NCBI RefSeq assembly: GCF_009914755.1
Contig: NC_060926.1
Direction: 5' to 3' (one strand)
DNA: 64,000 nt
Source: the human T2T-CHM13v2.0 reference genome, Homo sapiens
The notes below the pieces were generated by a model. The model made no database searches. It was not told where the DNA came from and worked only from the letters and a program-made list of their open reading frames with translations. Within the stretch, counting starts at the first letter, position 1. Each line of letters opens with the position of its first letter. This document shows, one piece after another, positions 17,919-32,162 of this stretch. Both the position numbers and the translations under genes were made by a program.

Positions 17919-18280
17919 GTGCTAATGGGCTAAATTGTGTCCCCTCAAAATATGTATGTTGAAGCCCTAAACCCCAGTATCTCAGTGTACTTGGAGATGG
18001 GCCTTTAACGAGGGGATTAAAATAAGGTCCTTAGAATGGGCTTAGATCCAATCTGACTGGCTTTCGTATAAGAAGAGGAAGTTAGAACACACAAGGAGAT
18101 ACCAAAGATGAAGAAGAACAAGGTAATCTGCAAGCTAAGGAGAGAAGCCCCAAGAGAAACAAAACCTGGCAACACCCTGATTTGGATGTCTAGCTTCCAA
18201 ACCTGTAAGGAATTAAATTTCTGTTGTTTAAGCCACCAGTCTGTGGTATGTTGTTAAGGCAGCCCTAGCAAACTAATGCA
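17919..18280 (+). mobile_element. MLT1A/B-type MaLR solo LTR
   Basis: Starts TGCTAATGGGCTAAATTGTGTCCCCTCAAAA; ends ...TTGTTTAAGCCACCAGTCTGTGGTATGTTGTTAAGGCAGCCCTAGCAAACTAATGCA. Confidence 0.8.
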
Positions 18281-18889
18281 ATAGATTTTGTGTGTGTGTA
18301 TGTGAGGGTTATTACTCTTTTTCAGAATATTTGTTTTCATAGGAGATGGTATATGAAAGCATAGGCTTTGTTTACAAACAAATATAGGTAAAAATCTCAA
18401 CACAGCTACTTAGTTGCCTGATTTACTAAGACTCACTGAACTTCGATGAGCCCATTTATACATAGGAATAATTTCAGCCATATAATAAGGGTATCTGAAT
18501 ATTAAATATGTTTCATATAGTAAGGTAATTGAAATCATTACTTCACTGTTCATTTTCATGCTGGAAGACTGTTTACTTTGGGAAAATTTCTGTTCTCCTT
18601 AACCAAAATATTTACCTGTCATTTAAAAGTTATTTTTAAGAGATTAGCTTTTTTGTTTTATTTTCTCTTGCTGATCTTTTTGAATAGGTCTCATATATTA
18701 AAGGTTACCCTTTTAAAGCCCAGTACTCTAGATTAGCAATGATTATTAATATACTCTAAATGACACAATACACAGTTACAATAAATAACATCAATTACAT
18801 TGGTAACTTATAGATATGTGTTGTTTATTTTTCAAAACAGGTATAACTCACTGAAGTGCAAAATTATTAATCCTTTAATATTTCATCTG

Positions 18890-19061
18890 TGCTGTTCTAT
18901 TTAAATTTAAATTAACAACATTAAATTAAAATTTTAGTTCGTTAGTCATGCTAGCCACTATTCTTTTACCCAGTTGCCACATGTGGCTAGCAGCTAAAAT
19001 ATTGATTAGTGCAGGTGTAGAACATGTCCATCATCTCAGAAAGGTTTATCAAATCGTGCTG
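18890..19061 (-). mobile_element. MER3-like hAT-Charlie remnant
   Basis: TAGCCAC...GCCACATGTGGCTAG...AGAACATGTCCATCATCTCAGAAAG matches recalled MER3 in reverse orientation. Confidence 0.65.
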
Positions 19062-19828
19062 TTAGTTGTTAATAACCACAATAAGCATACAAAACAAAGT
19101 TGAAATTATTAAGGAAATCAAGAGATTTAAATTCCATTATTACTTGCACTCAATTCTCAAAATGAATTTAAACTATTCATAAAATAATATATAGCTTAAT
19201 TTTGAGAATATGAAATGTACACACTTCTATGTATAAATAAGCATTACAAAGTAAAGATTACTTTTTTATACTAAAATTAAAATATGTCATTAAACTTGAC
19301 TTCATTTCCTTTTTGATAATCATTGAAATAGAGAATTAAATGATGTTTATTAAGACTCCCTCTGGCACTCAATACTTCAAAATGTGTTTAGCCTGATCGG
19401 ATATCAAAGAAGAAAAAGAAAACAAATAGTTGAAAGAACATTCATATTAATTTATCTTAATAAAATGTGTATTCATGGATATCAATTTTTATTATATTCT
19501 GCATCCTACAGAATTACAACAAGGATATTATAGAAATAGCTCACATAGTTCAAAGTGAATGGGAGTGGATACTCAGGATATTCATGAAGAGCCATTGCAG
19601 AAAAAAGAATGCATTGCAATGATATTTCATTTTTAAACAATGTAACACCTAAAAAGTAAAATAATATATCAAGACTAAACCATTATTATGATTTCTTCCT
19701 AGGACTATAATACTGGTGCATTAAATGTCATTATAAAAAATGTTTAGAATATTTTATTAATTAGTGGTATTATAAAGTAGCATACATTTGTATATTGTTT
19801 GTGGTTTATCAGATTTTCAAAATTAGTG

Positions 19829-20325
19829 GACTTTATTGAGTAGTTTTAGGTTTGCAGAAAGTAGAAAATTTATATATGTCGCCTCAATCCTCCATTCCAG
19901 TTTCTAATGCTTATTAACATTTTGCATTAGTGTGGTGAATTTGTTACAACTGATGAGCCAAAATTGATGCATGATTACCAGGCAAAGTCCATGGTTTATA
20001 CCAAGGCTTGCCTTTTGTGTTCTACGTTCTATGACATTTGGCAACTGTAGAATGACACGTATTCATCATTAAAGCATTATACATAATAGCTTGACTGCCC
20101 TAAAAAATCCCTCTTCTCCATCTACTCATCCCTTTATTCCTCCACCTAAACTCCCTACAACCACTAATCTTTTTACTGTTTCCAGAGTTTTGCCTTTTCC
20201 TAAATGTAATATAGTTGGCATTTTATACTATATACCTTTTTATATGGGCTTCTTTCGTTTTGTAATATTTATTTGAGGTTTTTACATGCCTTTACACAGC
20301 TGCATAGCACATTTCATTTTTAATT
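19829..20325 (-). mobile_element. L1MC-type 3' end
   Basis: AGTTTTAGGTTTGCAGAAA...GCATTAGTGTGGTGAATTTGTTACAACTGATGAGCCAA...ACTGCCCTAAAAAATCC is typical of L1MC 3'UTRs. Confidence 0.7.
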
Positions 20326-21194
20326 TAAATTTTTATTCCATGCAATCCATCAAGATTATTTTATACTTTGTATTTTGAGATATATTAAGAATAATCGCAA
20401 AGGTAGTACAAGAAAGTTATCATATGCTGTTCACTCAGCTTCTCCAATATTGATTCTAACTAGAATACAATAGTCAAAATGACAAAATTAAGAAGGCAAT
20501 ATAATGCTATTAACTATGTACTTTTTTCAGTTTTCTCACTAATGTCCTTTTTGGAATCATACACATGAACATCTTGCATCTGGCATGCATCCTGGGGTTC
20601 AATCAAGAAAAGGAATCACTGAATTTTGTTGTGGTAGTGAGAAAAATGTTAATCCAGTCTTATTGCCCAGATAATGCACCAAAACATTTTGGTATCTAAT
20701 TTAAAAATATCATGCTGAAATTTTTGACTGTTTTGTACTTATTAGGCACCAGTCTTAGACTATTATCAGTCGATTTTTGCAACTCCTCTTTGGGCACCTT
20801 AAAGTAACATAAAAAGGATAAAGTGGTAATATCCATATTTCTCTAATTTGACTTATGTTCTTTGGGGAAATTTGCCGCTGCTGATCCTGATTTTATCTTC
20901 CTTTCATTCTCATTGGCACACCACGCTCCCACTACTCTAATATCCTTATTGTGTTCTAATTCAACTAACTTAAGAGTTTGTTTTGCTTTAGTTTGCGTTT
21001 ACTCTCCAATTTTCTCTCATTTAAGTTTGGGGTGCTCTAGAAACTTGAACTACAATAGAAGAATTTGATAGCAGAGGGTCTTGGACTCTTTTCACCTTAA
21101 ACATGGAGGTATTTGGGAAAGCTTCTTCTAACACACATAAAAAGTTAAAAAGGAGCTAGAGGTAAAAACCAATTTGGTAAGAAGCCTTGGAATT

Positions 21195-21508
<314 letters not shown>

Positions 21509-22009
21509 AAGCCTTGGAAATTTTGTACTCAAACTGTTTTAATAGAGCGGGTTGTGATAGGACAGGTCCTGAGCTTTTTAGGAATAAATTTTAAATAATA
21601 GTGTACAGAAACTGACCATAAAAAGTAGGCTTGATTTTATATGTTTTTTAAAACTCAACTATTTACAAACATTGAGCACCACAATTGTTGTATGCAGTTA
21701 TATTAAAAAATTGAAAATTTCAAAAACATTAAAAAACCAAAGAATTGCTCATTCTTTATAGACGTAATTCTCATAGAGTAGAGATAGGAAAGATGAATTT
21801 TCACAATCACATTTCCAACCCTTGGAAAACCCACTAAAACAATTCATAATGAAGGCATGTTTGCAAAAAGGAGATTTATATAAATATCTCAAACTCATTA
21901 AAGGTATTAAATCATATTCATCTCATTTTAAAGTTTTTAAGTAATATTTAATGACATGAAAATTTCATATTTATTTAACAATGTTGAGAAATTATTTATT
22001 TCCCATCTA

Positions 22010-22600
22010 ACACAATTTCTTCCCCAAGTTTTTGTTTGACAAGAAATTAAATAATCATTGCCCAGTTGCTTAAGCCAGTAATAGAAGAGTTATTCTTGGT
22101 TCTTCTCAGTTGCTTAAACTAGTAATAGAGGAGTTATTCTTGGTTGTTTTTTTTTTTTTTTCCTCTCTCTCTGTTTTTCACCTACTGACATACAATAAAT
22201 CACCAACTTCTGCTTGTGGAAACTATGTATTTAAGTTTTCTTCTCCCATTTTTTTTTTCTGCATTGCCACCCTCACCCCAGTCTAAACTATCATTGTTCC
22301 TTACATGTACTAGTAAAATAACTTTCCTTCTTCTAATGTTGCTTGTGTCTCCCTTCTAAGTTGAAGCTTCCAATAGTGATGTGTCCTGTTAAAACTATAA
22401 TTGATCACATTATTTCTTTAATTAAGTATATTACGGAACCCTGATTAATACTGAATAAAGTTATTTCCTTTACATCACCCATAGTGACTACCTACATGTT
22501 CTCATCACTACTGGCCACACTCAAGTTTTCTAGCTCCTGATGATTCCTAGAACGCAGTATACTTTTTTCCAGCTCTGCCTAGAAGTGTATTTCTAAAAAT
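22010..22600 (+). mobile_element. L2 fragment containing a 44-bp-period tandem duplication
   Basis: L2-like CCCAGTTGCTTAAGCCAG...GAGTTATTCTTG. The motif is duplicated at 22063-22101 and 22107-22145. Confidence 0.5.
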
Positions 22601-23380
22601 GGACTCTTGATATATATGTGTCCTTTTCAAATAAATAACACCCAAAACAAAAATATCTATTTCATAGTACACATAACATCCTTTCACTCAATGATATTTC
22701 TCATAAAATAAAATTCAGCAATCATTGACAACAAAACTTATTTCACTTTAAGCCATTTCCTAAGGTCTGCCTTCAGAGGAATTTTTCAAGGAACTTTAGA
22801 GGTAAAATCTTGGAAGAAACGTTACATTTTACACATCAGCCAGCCAGTGATATCTTAGTCCTTCAATGAAGTAAAACTGCCTCATTTATTCTACTATAAA
22901 TTTCAGATTTGAGTCTGAGCAAAAAATAATCATCTTCAATTCTAGACAAAGCACATAGAAAACTGACTAACTTGCCTTTATCTTTTTTCTCATCATGCAT
23001 TTTCTCAAATGGTTTCAAGTTTTCAGCAGTTTGTAAGCAGTTATGGACAAACTTCTGGAGTTGGTATAATTGTAAAAAAATGTTTGTTTAGAAGTACTCT
23101 GCTTTTAAAAAATGCTATTCATATACATAAATGTTTTTGTCTAAGAAAAAGAAAAGATACCCTAATAATACTGACAAACATTGTCCCTATGCAGTGAATT
23201 ATTGGATTCACATGCTTTCTAAATTACTTAAATCGCTCACAAATAATAGACATATTAAAAGTTTATCCAGAACTGGGTCCTGGATAGCAATATTATTGCT
23301 TCAATTGAAATATTTATTATGGACATCAAAGTATTTAAATTATTTATTATTTTATCTATTATTAGTTGTTGATATAGTAA

Positions 23381-23698
<318 letters not shown>

Positions 23699-24024
23699 TT
23701 AAACTTTTTATTGAATAGTTTAAATTTGTAAAAAAAAAATGAGGCTAACAACCATAGCATAAATGTTATAGAGTTAAACTGAGAAGGCATGCTGTTGAAG
23801 TTAATGTAGTTAATGTAAATATTAACCAGGTGGGTAGACAGAAGACACAACTAGGTCAATATATTTGTTTTAAATAAAAATGAGTTTTAAAAATAAGTTC
23901 TGCATATTGAAATGTCCGTATGTGAGTAAAAATAATCAGATTGGAGATGACAATTCATAATTGTTAAACAGATTAAGAAAAACTAGAACAAATAGTGGGA
24001 AACAGGATTCTATTTAAGCAAATG

Positions 24025-24252
24025 AACTTTGGAGTCAGTTAGGCCTGGTTTGGAATCCTGGTTTGAGCCTATTTGCTATATGTCCTTGGGAAAACTATTT
24101 ATCATTTTTAAGATTGGATTTAGTCATCTGAAAAACAGAGAAAACAATTCTATCTCACCAGATAATTCTGAATATTAGTGAAGCAAGTGCATATAAAATG
24201 ATTCATATATTTAGTAAAATATATAAGAACCTCTCAATAAATGGCAGATATT
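24025..24252 (+). mobile_element. MIR
   Basis: TTTGGAGTCAG...GAATCCTGG...CCTTGGG...CATCTGAAAAA...CTCAATAAATGGCAG core. Confidence 0.65.
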
Positions 24253-25224
24253 GTACTGTGGTTAATAAATCAATATGATGCTTCTGGTGAATCATCCTAA
24301 GGTAGATATGATATTTTGCCCTACAGAGCAAAAAATGGTTCACAAAGCTGTAGTTTTACTATTGTGACATTTTTTAAGTCCTGAAAAAGCTGTAAAATAT
24401 ACTTTTAAATATTCATTTATTTCAACTTATTCACAGTGAAAGTAATACACTTTCACAGATAAATTAGAAGAATAAGAAATAACTTATAAAACACAACCAC
24501 GGGTATCTATAACAAACTATATTATCTCACATACACTTTTATTTCTTCTACACATATTGAACCTAGAAGAAAATTCAGCCATAATACAATTATGAAGAAA
24601 GTAAGATGCTGATGACAAAAAAGGAAGAGTGGTACAAAGATTAAGAGAAAGAATTATAGTAACAATAAAGCATTTTTTATTGCACGAAATTAATAAACTA
24701 CAAAATGTGCAGATGTCTTATTGCTACTTATCAGAAAAACTAAGTGCAATTTACTGACTCAAAATGTGTGACAATATCTTTTTTGTAGTATTTGATGGCT
24801 ATAAAAAACTTAAAGGATTTCACATGTTTGGGGTGGCAGGGCGGGTGGGGGGTCGGGGAAAAAACGGTGGCAGGAGAAGATTGAATAACTTGCATAGGCT
24901 AAATAAATGATGGTTTACAATAATACGACAAACTGACCCCTCGAACATTTATGCCAATTGTGAAAAAGTACTTACGTTGAGAATATTAAAAGTTATAAAG
25001 AAAATTCAACTTTATTTAAAACATTTAAACAAATTTTAAGCAAAACGGAACAAGATGTAAAATTTTACATGTAATATTCAAGTAAATTTTCTTTTTTACT
25101 TTAATGAATTTTGGGGAAAATCAATATAACCATGATGTCATTAGAAAAGATATTTTTCTCTATAAAATTGCAATTAATATTTCCAATAGTATTGTTTACA
25201 GTGCATTCAATTTTTAAAAGCTGA

Positions 25225-25335
25225 AAGACCTGGGCAACCCTCTTCTGGGCTCCCTCTCTGCAGTGGAGAGCTTTCTTCTTTGGTTTACTTAACTTGTATT
25301 CCAACCTCAAAGAAAAAAAAAAGGAAAAAAAAAAA
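25225..25335 (+). mobile_element. Short ERV1-LTR-like R-region fragment followed by an A tail
   Basis: GGGCAACCC...CCCTCTCTGCAGTGGAGAGCTTTCTTCTTT...TCCAACCTCA then ~26 A-rich bases. Confidence 0.5.
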
Positions 25336-25519
25336 CAGTATAAAATATTAAACTGTGTATATTTCTTCCCTATTTAACTTTCAGGGAATATTTTAACTAT
25401 TTATTTGAAACAGAAAGACTAAGGCAGTGAGGTGTATCAAACATTGTTATACTCTATTTTGTTTATTACGAAAAAGACTATAACCTTGAATAATTCTGAA
25501 CTTTATAAGAACACAGATT

Positions 25520-25740
25520 TTGTGGCTTAAGGGTAAACCTGTAGACTCTGGATTGAGACTTTTGATGTTATATCCTGATCACTACTCTCTGTGTGATTTT
25601 GGACAAGCTGGTTAACTCATTTATAAAACAAGACTGTTAACAGAACCTACCTTATAGACTTGGTAAGATAATAAATGATTTAATATAGGTAAAGTATTTA
25701 GTATTGTAAATATTGAAAGTGCAAGAGAAATTAGCCATTA
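25520..25740 (+). mobile_element. MIR
   Basis: GTGGCTTAAG...ACTCTGGA...CTGTGTGATTTTGGACAAG...ACCTACCTTATAG...AAATGATTTAATATAGGTAAAG. Confidence 0.6.
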
Positions 25741-26539
25741 CTTTAAATGTTTTTATTATGTCAATGACATTATTTTAAAAAGTGTTTCAGACCCGTTTTG
25801 GCAGAAACATGGATTTCCACATGAGTATTAATATGATAATAGAGCAATAATGCATCTATTTAAGAGAATGCGTTCAGAGACAATGGCATTCATACTCACA
25901 GAGACTAAATATTTTTGTTTTACTGCTTAAATACCTGAGGTTGAAGTGAGTTAAAATTGATTTTTGTTTGGAAGGATGTCCTGATCTCCACATGCATACA
26001 GATAATTGGTCATGTGAACGGAAGGAACATATTTTGCTCAAGAGCTTTGAAATTGAGTTATTTTTATTTGCCTACTAAACATCTCATTGAAGCTTAATGA
26101 GGCAACAGATCTGCCAAAAATCTCTGAAACTGCAAATGAATTCAAAGATTACTGTTAGATTATTTGAATGTTGCTATTGTCATTCATCTAACAGTTGTGA
26201 AATATAAAAGTGCTACTGTTTCTAATTACCATGATTAGCTACAGATCATCTTACATTAACAATGGGATTACTCAGAATAGGGTAAAAAATATATATCTGG
26301 AAAAATGCAGGTGCAGGCCACTGGAAAATGAGTGCAATACCTCTATTTTTAAAAATACTCGTATTCTTAATATAATAACAACTACCAATAGATTATGACA
26401 AAAAAGGATATAAATCCTCACTTCAATGAATGCTCTCCAAAATATATTTTTGAAAGCTAAAACTCCTTTATCTTCAAAGCAATTGTGATATAAACATGTC
26501 ATATATTACAAACTGAGAAACTCCAAAAAGGAGAAAATT

Positions 26540-27401
26540 TGCTTTCATTTTATTTGTTTTGACCAAGATGTTCTTGATGTTCCCATCACCTTGATTAAAT
26601 TTTAGACAGTTTACTCCCTGACTATAGGCCGCTGACCTCCCTATTATTATAGCACTCACTTAAGAAAGTGTCCAATTGTAAATTGTTGCTCTGCCTCTTT
26701 GAAATGTAAATCTTTTCCCAGCCAAAAAGTGTTTCTTAAGGACCTGAAAACATCCCTTTGAAATATAAACATCATGAAAGATAGTGCCCTTTCTCACAGT
26801 CTTCATAGTTGCCTGACTTCAGTAAGCAACAATTAGCAGACACAGATGGACTAATCACATTGACAATCTGATATCATTTGTCTGTGTCTCCACCCAAATC
26901 CCACCTTGAATTATCATAATTCCCACCTGTCAAGGGTGGGCGGGACCAGGTGGAGATAATTGAATCATGGGGGCGGTTTTCCCTGTATCGTTCTCCTGGT
27001 AGTGAATAAGTCTCATAGATCTGATGGTTTTATAAACGGGGGTTTTCTGCCACAAGATCTCTTGCCTGCCACCGTGAAAGACGTGACTTTGCTCCTCATT
27101 CACAATCTGTCATGATTGTGAGGCCTCCCCAGCCATGTGGAACTGTGAGTCAATTAAACCTTTTTCCTTTATAAATTATCCAATCTCAGGTGTGTCTTTA
27201 TTAGCAGTGTGAGAACAGACTAATACACCACCCAGTCCTCCTAAGTCTTCCAATAGTTTTCCACTAGCTTATCTAAGCACTTGAAAATTCTGCCACATTT
27301 TGTATCAATATAGAAGAGTTCAATATCTCTCCCCTATGCAATAGTCTTTAATAAATGATTTCTTGCCCCTCTTAACTTGTCTGGTGCAATTTTTCTTTGC
27401 C
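26540..27401 (+). mobile_element. MER34-family ERV1 LTR interrupted by THE1
   Basis: CCCTTTGAAATATAAACATCATGAAAGATAG...GCAGACACAGATGGACTAATCACATTGAC, resuming after 27227 with AATAAA and ending ...TTTCTTTGCCA. Left boundary approximate. Confidence 0.6.
26869..27227 (+). mobile_element. THE1 (THE1C-like) MaLR solo LTR
   Basis: TGATAT...CCACCCAAATCCCACCTTGAATT...CATGATTGTGAGGCCTCCCCAGCCATGTGGAACTGTGAGTC...GACTAATACA. Confidence 0.9.
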
Positions 27402-30400
27402 AGTTTGTGTGAAAATTTATTTAAAGTAGCATTTCACTGATGTCAAGAGTAATCAAATCCCAAAATAATGAACTAAAAGGATGTATCTTCATTGTACTTC
27501 ATATATTTTTCAATAAAAATGTAAAAGATGTCAACCAAGTCAGATTCTTTAAAAGGTACGCAGCATATAATATTGTCTTGCACAGTCATTCTCCATGATC
27601 CAAATGAAAATTTTTACATTTTAACACATTCTCAATTAATTAAATATGGAACAATTTAAAGTTTATTTGGAAAACTAGACCTACTAAGAAAGGCCCCAAT
27701 GTTTTAAGATTATGTGTATTTTACTAGTTGGACTTCTGACAACTTTCTGGTATTTTCAAGTAAGACTATTTGATTTAAAGAACAACAACAAAAAAAAATT
27801 CTTAAAGCAAAGAAGTCACATGCACACACAAAAAGCAGAATCCCACACCTATTCCATTGTTGTAAATTGGCTTCTTATGTGTTACCTATCATTAGACAGG
27901 GGAGACATATGCACACAGTTTCATTTTAGTCAGAGTCCATTCAGAAATGTAGCCTGTCAAAGTGATAGATGTTTAAAAAAGATCGAAAACTAAGGAGCAA
28001 TTAAGGATAATTGACACCTCATTGTCTTTGAAAGACATCTTTTCTGAAGAGTTAAGGAGCACAATACCTTGAAATTCTTACTTGACAAGAAGCCAAGACC
28101 TACATAGGGAGTGTGCAACACTTGGCTAAATTTCTAAATATTGCTAATTATGTTGAATAATTGCAAGAGGGAAAGAACAGTTGGAGCCTGTTTTACAGAA
28201 CAGCCAGTTTAGAGAACAGCCTAAAGAAATTTTCCACAGAAATTTGGGACAGGGCAGTCAATATATTCATCTTAGCTTCCTGATACTGACTTTCTCTACT
28301 CTAGATTCATGCCATATTTAGCATAACTTAAAAATGTTTCATAGACATTGTTGCCTATGTATAAAGGAAGAGGTTTTTTTTCATTAATCTCTTGGATAGA
28401 CATTAAAAAGAAAACTAATGGGAAATTAAGCTTTAATACGCATTAGTAAGATGGAATAGTATCATCAATTAGTTTCAACATTTGAGTCAAGCAGGAACTC
28501 AGTGGCAGGAACTTGGTGGCATGATTTATGGGTTTCACAAACCCTCAGTGTCCAAACACAGCTTTCTCCACTATATTACCACCTTGCTATCCCTGTCCAT
28601 TTTTGCCTATTATACCCATCATTAGAACAAAGCTCTAAGTTAGGGAACAAATGAAAGTCATTATTTAGTAAACACTAGTGTCAAAATCACATGTGTTCCT
28701 TGGTTAAAATACAAATAACAGCCCCTGCTAAAAGCATTGATTAATCGAATACAATTGTCATTTTCTTGGAAGGAATAGAAGTAATGTTTGAGTATATATG
28801 CTAATAATATTTTATAATTGCAGAGGTTAGACTGTTTGGGAGCATGATTACAGCTATTCCTAGCATTGATAATGCTTTAGGGAATATAGGCCAAATAAAG
28901 TGAGTTGGGGGAATCTTTTAATAGATGGAGAGAGAAGAGAGACTAGGGTTAGAAAGGATTGGCTAACACAGCAAGACCAAATTCAGAGCAGAACAACTAT
29001 TCCTGTTCATTCTGTTTTAACACTGGCACTTCTTTTTCTCTGATGTACCTTCATAACTAATTGTCTCCTCATTTGTTTTGGTTGCACCTTTTTTTTCTGA
29101 TTTGTAAATGATATAGAGGCAAATAGAATTTATGCAGGATCATTTTTCAGTTCAGATAATTAAAATTAAATAATTGGAAACTATTTAGAATTCTACACTA
29201 GTTGGATATTAAGCAACGGACATTTGCTTCAACAAATCTGTACAAAATTCAATTATAAAATGTTTATTGTCTCGTAACTGTAAAAATGAATAATGTACTA
29301 TCCACAGAATAAATCAGATATGCTCACTAATTCACAAATCTCATTTTTATTTATTTGTCCTTCTGTGCTCATCTCCTTTTCCTCAACTTACACTTTTAAA
29401 GATATACATGGAAAAGTAGGAGCAATGTCATCTATCATGGTAGTTGTCTAATGCCAGTACCCTGGAACAATGGGTGAAACAGAGCCAGAAGAGCAGTGAA
29501 GGAATAAATAACCCAGTACTAAGTTGGCAAATCTTCAGGAAAAGCAAAGAAAGAAAAAGCTTTCATATGGATTTTTAAAACAGTCCTCTTCTGTAATCAC
29601 ACAATTAGATTTTCCTCCACACATGTTCAGTACTACTGACAAGATGGTGAGCTTTGAAGAAGTTGTAAAAGGAAAATTAGCACCATTTGGGGCAGGCAGT
29701 CAACTAAACCAATCTGTTCTTGAAAATCTTCAGCAGCTATTTTATCCAATTATTGAATAATTGACAGGTATTAACTTAAGGCTTTCAGTTGTAACTACTA
29801 TACTAAAAATGACTCTGAGGTTAGGACTCACTGACTTCAAGGAGGAATTTTAAGTGACCGTAAAAGAAAGAAGTAAGTTTAGCATTAAAGTTTGATGACT
29901 GTAAAGTGATCTGGAAAAAAGTGCCTGTTTTTCATGGATTGAAAGACCAACTGAAGGACTTGCCTATGAAATTCAGAGGACGAATAAGAGAGTTATCTTA
30001 GCACATATGTCACAAGAAATGAAGAGACTGTAATGATAGGTAATGCATTTAGAGTGCAGCAGCTTTTCATCAAAGTTTTTTAAAAAGACTTCATAGTAAA
30101 TTTTTTATTATGAAAGTATCAAAGACAAAATAATTATTTTTAAAAAGACCCATACTGTTACAACTCAACATTTTATAATATTTCAGAGAATGCTTTTTTA
30201 GTGTTCCTTAAGAGGAGGAAGACTTGTGCTTATGTGAATTGGATAGTTTTCTCATCAAGCTTATGGCCATCCTTCAAGTCCCTTTCTATGAGAATCTGCT
30301 CTCAACTCACAGCCCCCACTTGTGAAAGCATCTCTAGGAAATATGTTCTTCACTTATTACAGGTGATTAAATCAAGGCTTGCTATTTTACCTGTGGGTGA

Positions 30401-30682
30401 CCAAGCCATAGCCTGCATTGTAATTAATTATAATACTTAGAGCAGAAAAATATTTTTAATCAGTGGAATAGAGTCCTCCAGTCAATTTTATACTTTCAGG
30501 AATTAGAATTAGAAACTATTTGCAGGGAATCATGGCATTTTGTTAATAGCAAGTAAAAACAGTTAAAATAATTTACGTAAGTTAGCCATCTAATACCCTA
30601 GTTCATAAGATACCTGAATAAATGAATAAGAACTAGAAGTTACCAGGGACTTTAAGACAGTTAACATGTCTACTGAGCAGAA

Positions 30683-30860
30683 CAGTTGTTTTCAATGTTG
30701 GCCCTTCATTGTAATTACCCTATGGAACTTTTAAAAACTATGATGCCTAATTCCCACTTTCAGAGAGGTTGGGTTTATTGACTTTGGATGTGACTTGGCA
30801 TCATGCTTTTTAAAATCTCTTAAAATAATTCGAATTGCAAGCAAAGCTGAAATGCCTGGA
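30683..30860. mobile_element. MER5-like hAT remnant
   Basis: CAGTTGTTTTCAA...GAACTTTTAAAAAC...TGATGCCT...CAGAGAG...TTTTAAAATCTC pattern. Confidence 0.55.
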
Positions 30861-30924
30861 GTAGAGAACAGGGATTGTAGTGATTACAGCAAGAGAAGTA
30901 AAAGTAGTAGTAGAAAGTAAATTT

Positions 30925-31220
30925 GGCCGGGCATGGTGGCTCATGCCTGTAATCCTAGCACTTTTGGAGGCCGAGGAGGGTGGATCACTTCAGTTCAGGG
31001 GTTCGAGACTAGCCTGGCCAACATGGTGAATCCCAGTCTCTACTAAAAAAACAATTAGCCGGACGTAGTGGCACACAACTGTAATCCCAGCTACTTGGGA
31101 GGCTAAGGTGGGAGAATTGCTTGAACTCGGGAGGCAGAGGTGGCAATCGTGCCACTGCCATGCCACTGCATTCCAGCCTGGGTGACAGAACAAGACTCTG
31201 TCTCAAAGAAAAAAAAAAAA
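30925..31220 (+). mobile_element. AluS
   Basis: GGCCGGGCATGGTGGCTCATGCC through to an A tail; degenerate TSD AAAGTAAATTT / AAGGTCAATTT. Confidence 0.9.
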
Positions 31221-31464
31221 GGTCAATTTGGAGCTGCAGTGGATTTTTCCATCTCCAGTTTCTCTGAAGCATACTTGAGATTTGGGGGATACTCACATTT
31301 CTTTACTAGCACTTTTGTATCCTCTTTGTATACCTCCATGGTATGAGATAAAGCACATCTGTGCTCCATATACATAAAAGGTAGAAACTCATGTAAATAT
31401 CTGATATATATTCTATGTACTCTGCATGAATTAGTCATTTAATTCAAAAAATGAAGTACAGTTT

Positions 31465-31585
31465 TGATCCTCATTTTAGAAAACAGGCAAAGAGGGGTAA
31501 AGTTATTTTCCCAAGTTCACACAGTTAATAAATAAGTGGTAAAGATAGGATTCAAGTTCCTGGACTCGGATTTTGGATTTGAGCT
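31465..31585 (-). mobile_element. MIR
   Basis: CCTCATTTTAGA...CAAAGAGGGGTAAAG...CCCAAGTTCACACAG...GGATTCAAG. Confidence 0.55.
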
Positions 31586-32162
31586 ATATTAATTCTCACA
31601 CAAATTTATTTAAATTAATAGAAATATTACTCCAAAATCTAAAAACTCACCTCAAAATAAGTATCTGTTATGGAATGGCAAATACAATTTTAATTTATTT
31701 CATTCAATACATACATATTGAATGCTTAGTATAAAACAATCAAAGAATTAGGCACTGGGAATACAGAACAGGATAGGAACTTAATGTGTTCATGTTAAAA
31801 GAAACTTTTTCAGTCATTTTAAACTTAGACTAAATTGAAAACATACAGCTACTATTGATGGGCCAGGCTCTCTAGAGCAAATGCTTTTCATACATTATCA
31901 TGTTAAATAGCACATTTCAAGGCAGAGATAGGACTCTATAAGAATGATAAAATAATTTTATAGATAAAATATCTTACTCATTTTTGTGCAGATGATAGAT
32001 CACTAGATTTAAACACATTCCTTATTCTTAAGCTTTTACTCTTTCTACTGTCTCCTGTACTTCATTGCTCCTAAGTTCAAAAGAAAAACTACTAATTGGT
32101 AAACTATTTTAATTGAATTAATCTAATATTTATCAAATGCTTGTCATATGCCAAATGCTATA

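Noticed and set aside
22063-22145. 44-bp-period duplication, plus 14-19-bp duplications near 1039, 6143, 28491 and 36847
   Set aside because: Ordinary slippage duplications, several of them inside old repeats.
27400-30680. Repeat-poor stretch that might hold an exon (e.g. ORF 29524..29760; AG/GTAATG near 30040)
   Set aside because: No recognisable protein similarity or convincing splice-site pair; conservation or RNA data are needed.
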